Notes under the pieces: generated by a model
What the model was told of the DNA's origin: nothing
The model's input: the letters and a program-made list of their open reading frames with translations, nothing else
The model's database searches: none
Translations under genes and position numbers: made by a program
Assembly: GCF_000181795.1 (NCBI RefSeq)
Contig: NW_003526941.1
Location: 9,340,607 to 9,404,606 of the forward strand
Source of the DNA: Trichinella spiralis
Lineage: Eukaryota
Length of the DNA: 64,000 nucleotides
Direction of reading: 5' to 3'
Shown here: one piece after another, positions 12,432-25,898 of the stretch
How positions within the stretch are numbered: the first letter of the stretch is position 1
How the letters are laid out: the number at the start of each line of letters is the position of its first letter

Positions 12432-15400
12432 TCACGACATCAACAAATGCCACTCTTGGGATGATGGTAAGCGCAACAGTTGTGCATCTTCTTCACTGTA
12501 ACGTTTCTTGATCACCTCGACGAATTCTTCCAGCACGGCGATGATTTTTCTCTGGAAAGTAGATAATAAATAATTAATAAATATGGAAATTTTTGGTCCA
12601 ACTCAGCGGCACACCTTCACCGGAGTGGCGAGGATGTTTTCGTTTTCGGCGTTACAAAGATAAAGCGCCAGTTGGTCTCGAAATTTCGGCCAGTTGATCT
12701 TCAACGTGCGATAAGTGTTGGCTATCAGTTGGCTGACAATTTTCGGTTTTGCAAAATTGCAATCCCGGCCCAAATTGACATTTGGATTCTGATTCAAAAT
12801 CCCTTTCACCTGAACGAGGAAAAGAAGCAAAAAACCTATTCATCATATATATTTTTTCTTATATTAAATTAAATTTAAAAAAAGTGAAAAACTAAATTTC
12901 ACCTGGCTTAAATATTTCTTGACTTCTGATACGAAAGCGTCGGCTGAATCGACAATGAAATTTTGGCACACAGTTTTGACGGTGAAATCCAAATGACGAC
13001 GACTGTCGACCACTTGCTCGGATGTTTGCACGGGTACCTTTATTCATTCATTCATCAATTTGCATAATATAAAAAGGAACAACAACATTCTCCTACTTGC
13101 AATAGCAATTTCAACAGTGCGTTGTTGCTGCTGAGCGAAAGCCATTCGGATTTGTTGTGAATCAGATTGACGGCTGATTCTGAAAATATTGAACAGAAAA
13201 ATTTATAATAATTTGTGAATCGGACAAAATTTCGACCTTTAATTTTTGAAAAATCAACAGACGGCTCGCAAAAGACGTCGCCCATCAGCGGAGCTGTCTG
13301 AGCTCTCAAAATTAGCAGATGTTGAATGAAAAACAAATCTGCATTCAATTTATCCTAAAATAAAGCTTCTTCAACTAGTTGTTCTGTTCATCTTAAGATA
13401 CGTAAGTAAGATTTTGGTTACAGATTTTGTTTGGATTTTCGCTTTTGCACTTTTCAACGATTCAATGCACATTTCCATCACTTCTTGCGATATGCCTTGT
13501 AGACTTGTTGCCTGTTGAACGAACAAAGAATGGAAACGAGCTTATTATTGTCAAAGGAAGAAGATAGAAGAAAAAAGAATAATAATAGCTTACGTCAAGA
13601 CAACGGTACAATTTCGACAAGCACATCACGGTCCGACGAACCGTTGGATACCAGAGACCTTGGATATCTGCAACTGAACCGGACGATACTACAAATTCAG
13701 TAAGTATATATATACGTTTATTTTATTTTAATTTTTACCTGAACCAGTATTGTTCGTTTCTTCAACACTTGATGCCATTGATTTCGATATTTCCTACGGA
13801 GAACATAGATCAAATTGAAATTTAAATAGAGAACAATTTTCCTTCTTTTCTTTTCAAACTTTGATCATTGTCAATTTTTCTGGATAAGCTAAATCTCCTT
13901 CAGCTGGATTGTAGTTTCCAATTTCGTTTGCGGCGAACATTTGAGAACGATACAACAATCGTTCAGTCAGATCACCGAGCAATTCTTCAAGCACTTTAGC
14001 CAGTCCTTTATAAACAACATCCGTTCCATCTGAACATAGTATATTTTTACATATGAGGCATGATTTGGTTTTCTTATTTCAATTTTCATATTTTCAATTA
14101 TTACCACTGGTATAACAACGTTCGTCGAGAATTTTTGTCCTCAACGTTACGCACAGTTCGGTCAACGTTTCCAAATGCTGCAAGTGAATAACATTAGGTC
14201 GGATGGCGTTGTAGAAAATTCTTGCCATATTTTCAATAAATTGGCTAAATATAAATAATTATAATAAGATTATTATTTATTTTTTTACACATTCTCAACT
14301 CACTTGAAATGTTCACGTCCACGTTTGAAAAACTGACCCATCAGATAATATTCGTCGTCGCAAAATCGGAACAACGTTGTACAACCGTGACGAATCTGCA
14401 AATTTCCACATTTCTCTTTTCTTTTTCATTTGCGAAATTTTATCGAGAAATTTAAATAATTCAAACGAACCAATGAACAGCAGCTTTTTGCGTTCTCGTT
14501 GACAAGATTTTCCACGGTTAGCCGAAAGCTGGGCTCCATCAATACGCCCCTTTGATAAAAGTATTCTTTGTAGCACTGTTCCAACATATCCGCGTATCTG
14601 AAACGTTGAGAGCATTGCTTTTTTCATTATTCCACACGTTCATTTTGAACATCAGTGAACATACTGATCACTTTTCGACCATTTTGGCTCAAGTTCTTTC
14701 AATAGCGGTTGCAATTGTGAAGCATTGGCGACAAACAGGCAATAATATATAGGAAATGATTCCGCATATTTGTCAATAACTGACTAAAAGTATTGACTAA
14801 GTCTATATCATTTGAAATTCTATATATATATTTGCTGCTAACTTTTGCTTTTTCAAGAACAGCTTTAGTGGAATTTTCAAATGTTCGACTGACGTACGTT
14901 GTGACCAGTGTTAAAGCTTTTGTTAAACATTGTTTATATTTAAACAGATATAATGCCGAATCTTTGTATGTCGTCTAAAAATGACAAATAAACCAAATTC
15001 TCTCTTCTTAAATTGTAAAGTCAAGAATTTCAATATTTACATGTTCAGACATGAATACAATACCGTCGTCGATTAAATTGAGCAAATGAAGAAACGATTC
15101 CCCTGTCACGGATAACAACGGAGAGTTCAATTTCTGAAATTGAAGAAACTACAATCACACCAACTGTAGAAAACGAATATCCCGTTCAAAACTTGCGTAT
15201 TGTATTTGATCGAAATTATCGAAATAAGACAAACGGTTACGAAGTTGCTCCACCGTGAAAATCAACTGTCCCTGTTAATCAAATATTGCTAAGATATTCC
15301 TTATATATATATCATATATATAGTCGAACAAACTTGACTAGTCATAAGCTGATTGCATGCATCATGCAACGATATGGTTCTATTGGCTACAGTTCGGTAT

Positions 15401-15872
15401 TTGTTGTTCAGTTCTGTCAGCTTTTCTGTCGCATCATTCAAACTGTGCGCGATATCGGAAATATTTTCAACCAGTTTCAATATATGCGGCTCATGCAAAG
15501 TACTATTACAAAAAAATAATTCATTATTCAAATAATATTTCTTTTTTGGAAAATATTATTGATTACTCTGATTCGTTGAACGTTGTATTAGTAAGATTGA
15601 CCACATTTCGATAAAACTAGAATATTTTCAAAATTATGAGATAATTATCATTTTGTTGCATTAAATTATTTAAGAGACAAAATTCACCTTCAGGATCGGT
15701 GAGTCATTTTCTGTTTGTTCTTCATTTGTGAAATTTGTCTAAAAATTGTACATTTACTAAGAAATTTCACTGTGAATAAAAACAAACCCACCAACTGCTT
15801 CCAGTAATTTTGTCCAACATATTTCAGCGCCTCGATAGCTTTTCGTTGAGCTTCATGAACTGAATCATCCAT
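12432..15872 (-). CDS. COG3: Conserved oligomeric Golgi complex subunit 3 (Sec34)
   Basis: [61 protein letters not shown] and [19 protein letters not shown] are COG3 signatures. Confidence 0.9.
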
Positions 15873-16132
15873 GATATTGTTTTCGTCTTGTCAATTTTTC
15901 AACTGATTTCGCTTAAATTATTTCATTCTTAAATTCAAAATTAAGAAATAGCAATAATCACCGTCTAATTTATAAGGTAACAGGTGGGCAATTCAGTAAT
16001 GGCAAATACACCGATATCGGCTGAGTAAAAATACCATGAAATAGAATTTTACTTCATTTCAACAATATATATATACAACTGTTATTACTTTAAATAAAAA
16101 GAAAATGATATTGATATATTCAGAAAATATAG

Positions 16133-17571
16133 CTAAGCAGAGCTGACAGATTCGTTTGCACTGTTGACATTTTTCAGCTGTTTCACATACTCAGCATACT
16201 TTTCTCTGATGAGTCGAAATGCTTGCATATTACAATAAGGTTGGCGCGTAAGTGGATCGATGTATTTTGCAGGAAGTCCATATACAACACAGCGTTTTGG
16301 TTTTTCAATGGTCGGCTTATTTGAAAAGCGCGAAAATATGTTCTGATATGTTTCAGCATTTGAAAATTCAATCACCGTTTTTACGTGTATTTGAGGTGTG
16401 TGTAAACTTGAAACTGTAGCACTGTATGCCTTTGGCGTAACCATCTTATCTGGATTGTAAAATGGATGAATTTGCTTGTCCCTAAACGAGTGTACTTTAA
16501 AAAATATATATATATTTCTTTAAAGAAAACTGAATCAAAAATTACAGATATTTAAGTGGAATTGGTACAGCTACTGAAGTTGTACGAATTCTTGAACCTT
16601 CTAATTTAATTTTCTTTGGCTGATTTTGCTTTTGTTTTTTCTCCAATTCCATTTCGTGAAAACGTTCTAAAAAACAAATTTAATTACTGAATCAATCGTA
16701 CTTGTCAATTCAACATAGTAATACTTAAAGATTCTTGATTTTCAAGTTCAGTTAATTTTGCTTCTTCAAGCATTTGTTCAAGTGTTAGTGGCTGATAATT
16801 AGTGACTCTTTTTTGACGCTTTATTGTAGATTGGGCAACTTTTTGACGACGTTCCGCAGATAATTCTGATTTCCGTAAAGTTGAATTGCGCAACTGTTTA
16901 TCTGAATATGAATATTTTAAGCAAACAAAATTCCAAATAAAAATTATTTGAATTTTACCGAACGTTTGTGTTGTAAAAAAATTAGATTCTGGTTTCTTTT
17001 TCTTAGATGGAGGTGATGTCACTTCTTCAGATGGTGCAGTTGATGGCTGTGCTTTTTTTTGAAGCGAACTCAGATGAAGATGTCTTTTGAATTCAAATTT
17101 TTTCTTCTTTCTTTCCTCTTCCAGATCCACTTCCTCCTCATCGTCCTGCTGTGCGTCGGATTCTTCATCAGATGTGCTACCAAAATCCGAATCAAACTCA
17201 TCTTTTCCCTCATCAACATATTTGTAATCTGTATCGTCTTGTTCCTACAAATGAACCAGTTAATAACTGAAAATTGTATGTTATTAAATGTTTAATGCTA
17301 AGTATAATAATAATAATAACAGTAAATACAGTAAACTGGATTTAATAATGTATTTTATATGTATTTTTCAGTATGAAAATTACGCATAAAGCGGATTCAA
17401 GTAGTGTTACTGTTCTGTTTATGGTTCAGTACTTAAGAGTAAAGAATTTCAGCTTACTTCCGTAAATCCGCCATATGTTGAGCTGAAAAATTCATCGGTA
17501 GGAGGCAGAGTGTCCAGAAGCTCTTGCATACGATTTCCAGCAGTACATCTTTTAGGTCGTGATGATGCCAT
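16133..17571 (-). CDS. VPS72: Vps72/YL1 (SRCAP/SWR1 H2A.Z chaperone subunit)
   Basis: MASSRPKRCTAGNRM...FSSTYGGFTE, acidic DEFDSDF, LTLEQMLEEAKLTELENQESL, and the YL1_C motif CVVYGLPAKYIDPLTRQPY. Confidence 0.92.
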
Positions 17572-18138
17572 TATCAGTATAAAAATTCTTAAAAAGACAG
17601 TTTTAGTTTTAAGTTTTTCTATAACTGATATACAACTATAATTATCCAATGAAAATGTTAATACAATTGTTAAATTACATCACACTTATTCATACTGTAA
17701 TTATGTGTGCTACAGTATACATTGAAAATGAACTGTGAATTTTTATGGAATTGTTATCATAAATTATTTAACATAAAATGAATTGAATTATGACTGTAAA
17801 ATTAATTTTATTCTTTTACTTTATTTTATAATCAACAGGTTTTGCCAGTGGTTTGATGTTAAATCTTTCTTTTCATAATATACAGTATGTTCCTGATTAT
17901 TTTAAAGAAATGTATTGTTTTATTAAATATTATGAAATTGTGCTTTTATAAAGTTAATATATGGAAGATTTATATAAAATATACATAAAATGAATATGCG
18001 TCAGTTCTGTTACTTTTCTTAAAATCATAAATTGCTTTATTGAGGAATATATTTAAAAAAGTAATCGTTTGTTGTATAAAAAGGGTTTTTCCATCTCATT
18101 GTTTAGAAACAAAGTAATGTCATAGCATTTTAGGAAAT

Positions 18139-19347
18139 ATGTCAAAATATCAGTCGGTGAAAAAAAATTTGATTTTTGACTTACGTCTGTCAAATGGAAA
18201 TACCGAAGCTCCTGTTTGCAAAGTAGAAACAACTTCAAGCACTCGTAGTAAATGTTCAGAATCTCACGATCAGGAGGAGAATTTTTCCGAGTCTACTAAT
18301 GCGAATTTGAAAATTCCTTCATTACTGGATGTGAATGCCTTGAAAAATGAAGTAATTTCACTTGTATCATTCATTTATTCACTAAATATGGTGAATAATT
18401 GTTTCATTTGTGTTTAATAGTATTTATGCGTGTTGTTATTCAGCAGTTGAAATTTATCGGACATCAGAAATGGAAATTTCCGCAAGATTCTCGCTATTTT
18501 TGTACTCCATGTTGGAAAGGTTACAATACCGAACACATGTTTAAAAAACACTTAGAGAACCATATACAAGTAACATCTTTTACTTTCATGTTCATTTAGA
18601 TAATCTTGAATTTTTTCAGTGTCCGGAACCTGAATGTAAATTTTCCGCTGTTCCTTACGTTTTAGCCAAACATATCTTGAATGTGGTAATTGTCAAATTA
18701 CTTACTGTTTCCTTAATTTGGAAAATGAACATTTTTAGCATTCTATCTCTAACGGTTCTTCATCTGTAAAAGTCGATGCAAAATGGAAAGAAGAAAGAAC
18801 AAAACATTATCCAACGTCTGCCCATATAGCGGAGAAAGCACAGCTGGAGAAAGAAAAGGTGTTGAGAGGCGAGGTTTTAGTTACAGAAAATTCATTGAAA
18901 CACAAAGGGTAAAATAACTTTTATTGAATAAGAATAGCAATTATTTACATGCATTTTTCAATGCAGAACAACCCTATCTTTGGAGGCCATGAAGATGAAA
19001 GGGAAATACAATTTAGACGGAGCTGAAAAAGGCAGTGTTTAAAAATGTCTGATTAATTTTTCTAATGTCAAGATATTTAGGAGAAAAATGTGAATTTGAT
19101 GACCAGCTATTTCAGAAGAATAATTTTAAATGCAAAAAACGAAAAACGGCTGAGCTGTTGGAAAAAGTACGTTTTGTTAATTTTGATTTGTATTATTGAA
19201 TTTATATTTACGACCACTTTGTTTAAGTTGCTAGAAAATGAAATACGGCATGAGGAGAATGTTCTTTTGCAATGTATTCGACATGTTTGTTCTACGATCA
19301 TTAATTTTCCCAAATCTGAAACGACTGGAAGAGAGACCAATTTTTAA
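18139..19347 (+). CDS. NUFIP1: NUFIP1/Rsa1-like box C/D snoRNP assembly factor
   Basis: Two C2H2 fingers (CTPC...HLENH; CPEPEC...HILNVH), the motif WKEERTKHYPT, and a C-terminal LLENEIRHEENVLLQCIRHV. Confidence 0.8.
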
Positions 19348-19398
19348 TTTGTCTGACAAGAAACTTTTATCAAGTATATTTAACGTTTGCATTCAAGG

Positions 19399-20435
19399 TT
19401 ATTTTCTGTCAGAATTGTTTCTTTCAAAAAGTAATAAAAACAAATAAATAATATCCAAGTACAATGCAAGTGATGCCACAACATATTCTTCAGGTGACAG
19501 CTTGTACATTAAGGCATTCAAGTCGTATATGATAAACGCTGTAAACAGAAACGCTGCAATGAATGCAATGACCAGTTCTGCTACTTCAAGTTGAAGGTAA
19601 AGCTAGATGAATATTTTTAAACATATTTTGTAAGTTGAAAAAAAATATTTTTACCTGCAGCATGCATGAGAAAAGTAAGATTATTATGAATGCAAGTTTG
19701 CTAAAATAATATACAGGTATTGTAATTATTTCACTAGATTTGAGAACAAAGTAAATTACCTTGCTAGAGAAAATTTCACATTACTTTTCGAGAATAAGGT
19801 ATATAATAATAGACAAATTGTGACGATTGCCATTAAAAAGAAAATTTGTGCAATTACGAAGGTATCGAAATAAGATCCTTAAACACAAATTCAGTTTCTC
19901 AAAATAGAATTATTGTTGTCAATTTACCAAAAACGCCGGCGGTATAAGCTTCACACATTGTCTAAAATGAATAATCTAAAATGAGTAACAGTCTTTTTAC
20001 GAGAATAATACCCATAATAAAAGTAGAAGAATGTTTTGCGGCTGTTTTTTATGATAAAAGTGCATCAGGATTAACAAACTAATTGTAACAAGAACTGCTA
20101 TCGTGAGCATCCATGTCCTAGAGATTAAAAAATGAAGCTCGAATGAATTTAATAGAATATTTTACCAGTGCTGTACGACAGCCTTCAAACCAGGAAATAA
20201 AATAAATGTTGTTGAAATAGTAGTAATGAAAAGAAACTGAAGGGAAATTATGCATAGTACTTTGCGGTAAAATCCTAAAGATTCAATGATAAAATTTCAA
20301 TTTTTCAGTATTCGATTTTTCTGCCTCAATACCATGTCTCACAGACTTTCGACAACTAGCAGCATTGGTTTTTTGTTCGAAAACGTCACTTCCACTAAGC
20401 AGAATTCCACAGTGCTCATCTTCAACACCATCCAT
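19399..20435 (-). CDS. Bax inhibitor-1 family membrane protein (TMBIM4/lifeguard-4-like)
   Basis: Spliced minus-strand exons give [16 protein letters not shown], several transmembrane segments, and [34 protein letters not shown]. Confidence 0.85.
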
Positions 20436-20997
20436 TTTGGGATTGTCGTTGCTAAATTACTTATTTTATGTTACATTCAGACTGTTTCAAAACTGCTGTG
20501 CGTAATATTACTGAACTTTGTCACTGTACTGTATACAGCAGGTCACGTTTGTGGTAACTGAAATTGAATCTTTGGCAGTCTTGCACTAAAATCTATTGAA
20601 TTTTACAAAATATTCACTTGAAATGCTTGAAACTAGGGAGAGAATACTGTAACCGAAATTAACACCTGAATTCCGAATATGTAATTAGCAATATTTTGTA
20701 ACTAATATAGAAATTGTAAAGCTTATTACAATACATAATTTTCCTAAGATTTATCTCTCATCTTCACCTTTTTATAATATTACTTTGTTAAAACTGATGT
20801 GAAGAAATTGTTTTGAGACAAAATACATTTAAATGATAAAATTATGTGATTAAATTTATATATTTCCTATTTTGCAAAAAAATACGTAAAGTAAATTTAT
20901 AAAGAAAAACTGCTTATTCAAAATGTAACTAACATTTATTATACTTAATTAATTTTATTACTGTATGATACTGTAGTGTTTTTCAGTGTGTTTTGCA

Positions 20998-22870
20998 ATG
21001 ACAACCGCGCATCGCGCGACTTTTGTTCCTGCCCATGGAGGCACTGGGAAAAATGAAGGAGATCTTAGCAAACTTTCTAAACAATATTCAAGCCGTGATA
21101 TGCCATCTCATACGAAGATTAAATATCGGTATGTGGTTTATTGTTCTATATATGAAAATTTTACTTGTTGATTTAAAATGATAAATATATGACTCTTTTC
21201 TTTGAAACAGGCTACTGTTATTTTAGTTTGAATTATTAACAGATTGAAAATGTTTGTATATTTTAAGTTTGAAGTCTTTTTTACTTTTGTTTGTTCCTGT
21301 TAATCGTTTATTTGCTTTCTCAATTCTGTTTGATTTATTTTTAATTTTAATTAGTTTGCCTTATTATTTATGAATATTATATGCAAATTCATTTATTTGC
21401 TTATTTTTATGATTTGAAGTTGTTGTAGCATGGTAGTTGATTTTAACATTTTGATTTTTTTAGGCAGCATAGCCAAGGTCATGCTGACGAACTTCGAAAT
21501 AGAGACTTTCGCCGTGAATTAGAGGATCGCGAACGAAACACAGGAAGCAAACGGCGTCCGGAAAATAGTGAGAATGAAATGGCTTATTTATTTTGTCAAT
21601 TTTTTAAATAATTTAAAATTTGATTTTTGTAATGTATATTAGTAAAGTTTTTGCTTTTCTCATGATTCATATAGTATTTATCTCTTTAATGGTCAAGTTC
21701 GTTACAGTATGATAGTATTTTAAGTAGTTGATATGTTTTTAGTATTTTTAGGAGGTAATTTTGAAATTCTGTGTAAAAATTTGAAATTTAAAATTGGGAA
21801 ATATATTTAGGTAATTTAATAACTTAAATTACGTTTAAATATAAATAAGGAAGTATATGTGTGTTTACTTATTAATTGTTGTACACTGCATAATCGTCAG
21901 CATTTAATTACAAAGTTTAATGATTGTATAGAGTTTACGAACTTTATCATATAAGTAAATCCATGAAGCTATGAAACATAGAATGTGTTATTCATGACTT
22001 CCTGAAATTTTTGTAATAAATATATATTTAATATATTTAATTAGTAAATAATACAAATAACATTTATGAATAAGTATTATAATTCGTATGAATAATTTTT
22101 GATAATAAGTGATATATGGTGAAATATATTTGTAATATTTTGCAGATTATGACGATCCTTCTTCATACTCTCATGATAAAAAAGTACGATATGAGAAGGT
22201 GTCTTACAGAAATCCAGATGATGATGATCCTTCCATATGTGAGGTATGAGCTGTTCCCAAGAATGACGTTTCTCTCTTAAGTTTGTATTTTTTTTTAATT
22301 TAGGAAGATGATGACAGTAATGATAGTGATGAAGATGACGAAACCGCACAGTTGATGGCTGAATTGGAAAGAATTAAAAAAGAAAGAGAGGCTGAGCGGA
22401 AAGAAGAAGTTCGTTTTAAGTTTTGATTCTAAATACAGTTGTCAATTTTCCTTACAGGAAATCAATGTCTTTATTGTATACTATATATTTTTTCAATTTC
22501 AAATTTCATGTCGTTCATTAATATTGAAATTTCAGTTGAAACAGATTGTATATTTTTAAAATCATTGCGAAGTTTTTAGGAAGCAAAGAGAAAAGCAGAG
22601 GAAGAGCGAGTGCGTGTAGAAAATATTTTGCGAGGAAATCCATTGCTAACTTCCAACAAGCAAGATTTTCGAGTCCAACGGAGGTAATTGAAAATTGCTA
22701 TATCATTTTATATTAATGATATGTTAAAATGTTTTAGATGGGACGATGATGTGGTTTTTAAGAATTGTGCAAAAGGCATCGATGAGAAACGGAAGAATCA
22801 GCCAGCTTTTATCAATGATGCTTTGCGCTCTGAGTTTCACCGCAAATTTATGGAGAAATATATAAAATAA
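20998..22870 (+). CDS. CWC15: Spliceosome-associated protein CWC15
   Basis: [81 protein letters not shown]. Confidence 0.96.
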
Positions 22871-25545
22871 TTTATGAATTTTGATTATTTACTGAAGTTT
22901 TACTTTGTTAAATAGCTCTGTCTATTTAAAGCAAATTTTGTTCCATAAATTTTGCAGCTGGTGCTGCACTTTAGGAAAGCCGAACTTTGTCAAGGTAAAC
23001 TGCGTTTGTATTTGAAATATTAAAAATTTAATGCCTTTTTGTATATTAAGAATCATATTTTATAATATATGAATTGTTTTTGAATTTTTGAGTAGTATGG
23101 AAATTGAAATATAATGTTTTAGAAGTGTTGAATTAAGCGTATGTTTATAATTCATATTCTTGAACAAGAAAAGATGGTACAGTAAATACATTCTAAACTA
23201 TATATATATGTATATATATATATTCATACGAGGAAATAAAAATAATTTGAAAGGGGAGAAAAGTGGTCAATGTATACCAACGATGGAAACTTCTGAGAAA
23301 AGCAAGAAGATTGTTTAGAATTTGAAGTAAGGTTATTTGATGTGTTGGTATTTTGTTTCCGTCATATACTTATTTTTATTTATCTATTTCTGACTAAAAA
23401 TTTGATTTTTTTCTTAATTTTTTTGCATTGCAACGCGTTTTTAATAGATACTTATGTTTTTGCTTTGAAACCAGAAAGATAACAGATTGCGGAAGATCTT
23501 TTTGGGTAATTGCTTTACATTGCTTATTGCATATCTAGTGACAAGGTGAAAGTTTATATTGAGAGCCAGCTTTTTCATTTCAATCTAGAACTATTCGATA
23601 AATTTCAATTTTGTCAAGTTTTCCCCGTATTTTCAAAAATATCAGTTTCAAAATTTGTCCAATCTTGTTAGATTTTCTTATCTGCAATTGCGTAATTAAT
23701 TTGTTAATTCAATTTTTTGTTTTATGCAGTAATCGATGGAGCAGACAATCAAAGAGGAGTGCAATTAAAAAGAAAATTAAAAATTTACAGGAGTGTTGTT
23801 ATATACATTTGCAAAAGTAGTAAGTGAAAATATGCATAATGATATTTGTTGTTATTTTGTCGATGTGTAGGTGTATAATCATGAAATATTAAACAATACA
23901 TGAAACCCGGTTTTTATTTTTATCTTTTCCACTAATAAAACTTAAACTTTTTGAAAAGTTTTAAAATTACTTGTTATACATACATATAAATGTATATATG
24001 TATTTATATATTGTACAATGTATAGAAGATTTTATGCAACTGTTTGAAAGTGATGCGATATATAATGCGAATGTCTTATAGCAACAAAATGTAATTGTTC
24101 TCTATTAGGCATTGAATATTATGCGGTTAACAATGAATTATCACTTCACTACGAAATAGTATGACGTGTTTCAGTTGTAATTGAAGTCCCAGCTTGTTGG
24201 TTCAGCTCTTAATTTGACATTTTCTATGGTTTCTTAAATAAGCAATATTTGAAAGTGCGATTGCTGACGGAAAGAAGGTGGGTACAAATTGAATTAATTC
24301 AGTTGGATACATCTTTGTCGTTTGATCAAATTTTTCTTCCAGGGATGCTGAATTGGATAAATAGCAGCTAAATCTCCTGTCAACTAGAAGCTGTTACCGT
24401 GATTATTTCACGCTGTGTATTCCACTTTCTTCAAGCTTCATTCAAATTATTCTTTTTTTGCTTTTATAGCTTTCCTCTAATTTTCTGAAGCGGTTCTGTT
24501 TTCTGCATCCAGATATACACTTATTTTAAATTTTAGACAGGTAACATAGTTTTCAGTTTAATGCTGTAAATTTTAATTTCAGTTTTTGAGTAAATTTCTT
24601 TAAAATTTTGATTCTTTTTTCAAGTTCAAATCATTTGAACGAAAGTTTATTAAGATTACTGTTATTAAAAATTGTTAATGTGATTTATTATTCTCCCAAC
24701 CGTGAGATAACTGAATTATGTTTCTATTTTTAAATAAATTATTACTTATTAATTATTAAAATACATTTTTGACAAGTATTTCGATTTTTCATTATTTCTG
24801 AAATTTAATATCAATCTGTTTCATTCACTGAATAATTTACTAAAATTTAATGAAGTGAAATCCAAATAATCATTGTTTTTCAGTATTATTTTTCATTTTT
24901 TAAAATGTTTATTGTAAATTTTTGCGATGACCAATGTTTATGATGAATACATTGCATTCTCGATAGGCATAAACGTATCAATTTTTATTAATACTGCATG
25001 AATGCTTAAATTAATTTTAAGAAATTGTAATGATAACCTTCGATTACAATTTGATGGCTTCTAATGAATCTTCAGTATGGCTACCTGTTGTTTCCATTAG
25101 TTAGTAGCTGGTTTCAATCTTTTAGGTGCTTTAGACATATACTTGAAGGGGCTTCTTTACATTCTGCAGTTCTTCTGACAACAGCAGTAGGTGTAAATTG
25201 ATAATTTTTATTGAAATAAATTATGTATGTATGTATGTGTGTAAAATTCTTACCTATTGGTATGGGAATTTTGTTAATAAATGATAATGTTAATATTTTA
25301 ATTGTATAAAAACTGTTTCTGAAATGTTCAGTATTGTTTTCTTAAATATAACTAAATATAAAAAATTGTCTTGTAAGATTGATATCTACTGATGGTGCAG
25401 TATATGTTTTTGTTATGTTAATACAATATTGATGTGGTAAAGCACTCGAGATTAGATCATTTTAATCCACTTTATTTTGCATATAATGTGATTTTGTAAA
25501 TTCTTTTCATAAATGGACGTACAGTATGTACTGTTTAGGTCAGAA

Positions 25546-25898
25546 ATGAGGCACATTTTAGCTATTCTTATGCTCTGGATTGGAAATGTGATTTTAGCAT
25601 TTCCAGAATCGCACAGCCCTGAAAAAGGTACTGGTTTTTATTTAGCACTTTTATTTATCATTCATGCAGAAATATTTCAGATTATTTATTCGATCGCTTG
25701 ATGAAAAATCGCATGAATAGTGAAGGAAAGTCATCATTGTTGTGGCCGGAAATAAGAAAGAAAGAAATTCCTGTACGTTACCTCTCTTCATCTGATAATA
25801 TTGATGATCCAGCTAGAGGAATTTCAAATATTTTACTGCGCTTTGGCAGATCCTATGGTGGAAAGCAATGGCATTTGAATGAGAAACAGCGGTTTTAA
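25546..25898 (+). CDS. FMRFamide-like (RFamide) neuropeptide precursor, 99 aa, exons 25546-25627 and 25681-25898
   Basis: Signal peptide MRHILAILMLWIGNVILA, an RKK site, then ...DPAR-GISNILLRF-G-R (amidation Gly plus basic cleavage site). Confidence 0.8.

Noticed and set aside
19032..19080. Possible GC donor (AAG|GCAGTG) in NUFIP1
   Set aside because: A GT donor 3 nt downstream gives the same phase, so a GC-AG intron is not required.
22953..22968. 6-bp hairpin TGCAGC-TGGT-GCTGCA in the CWC15 3' region, with histone stem-loop geometry
   Set aside because: The sequence does not match the histone stem-loop consensus, and short hairpins arise by chance.
23250..23830. Purine-rich exon-like patches between CWC15 and the neuropeptide gene
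   Set aside because: No consistent spliced reading frame or homology could be built.
24073..24085. GTCTTATAGCAAC X-box-like half-site upstream of the neuropeptide gene
   Set aside because: Only one good half-site and wrong spacing; weak evidence.
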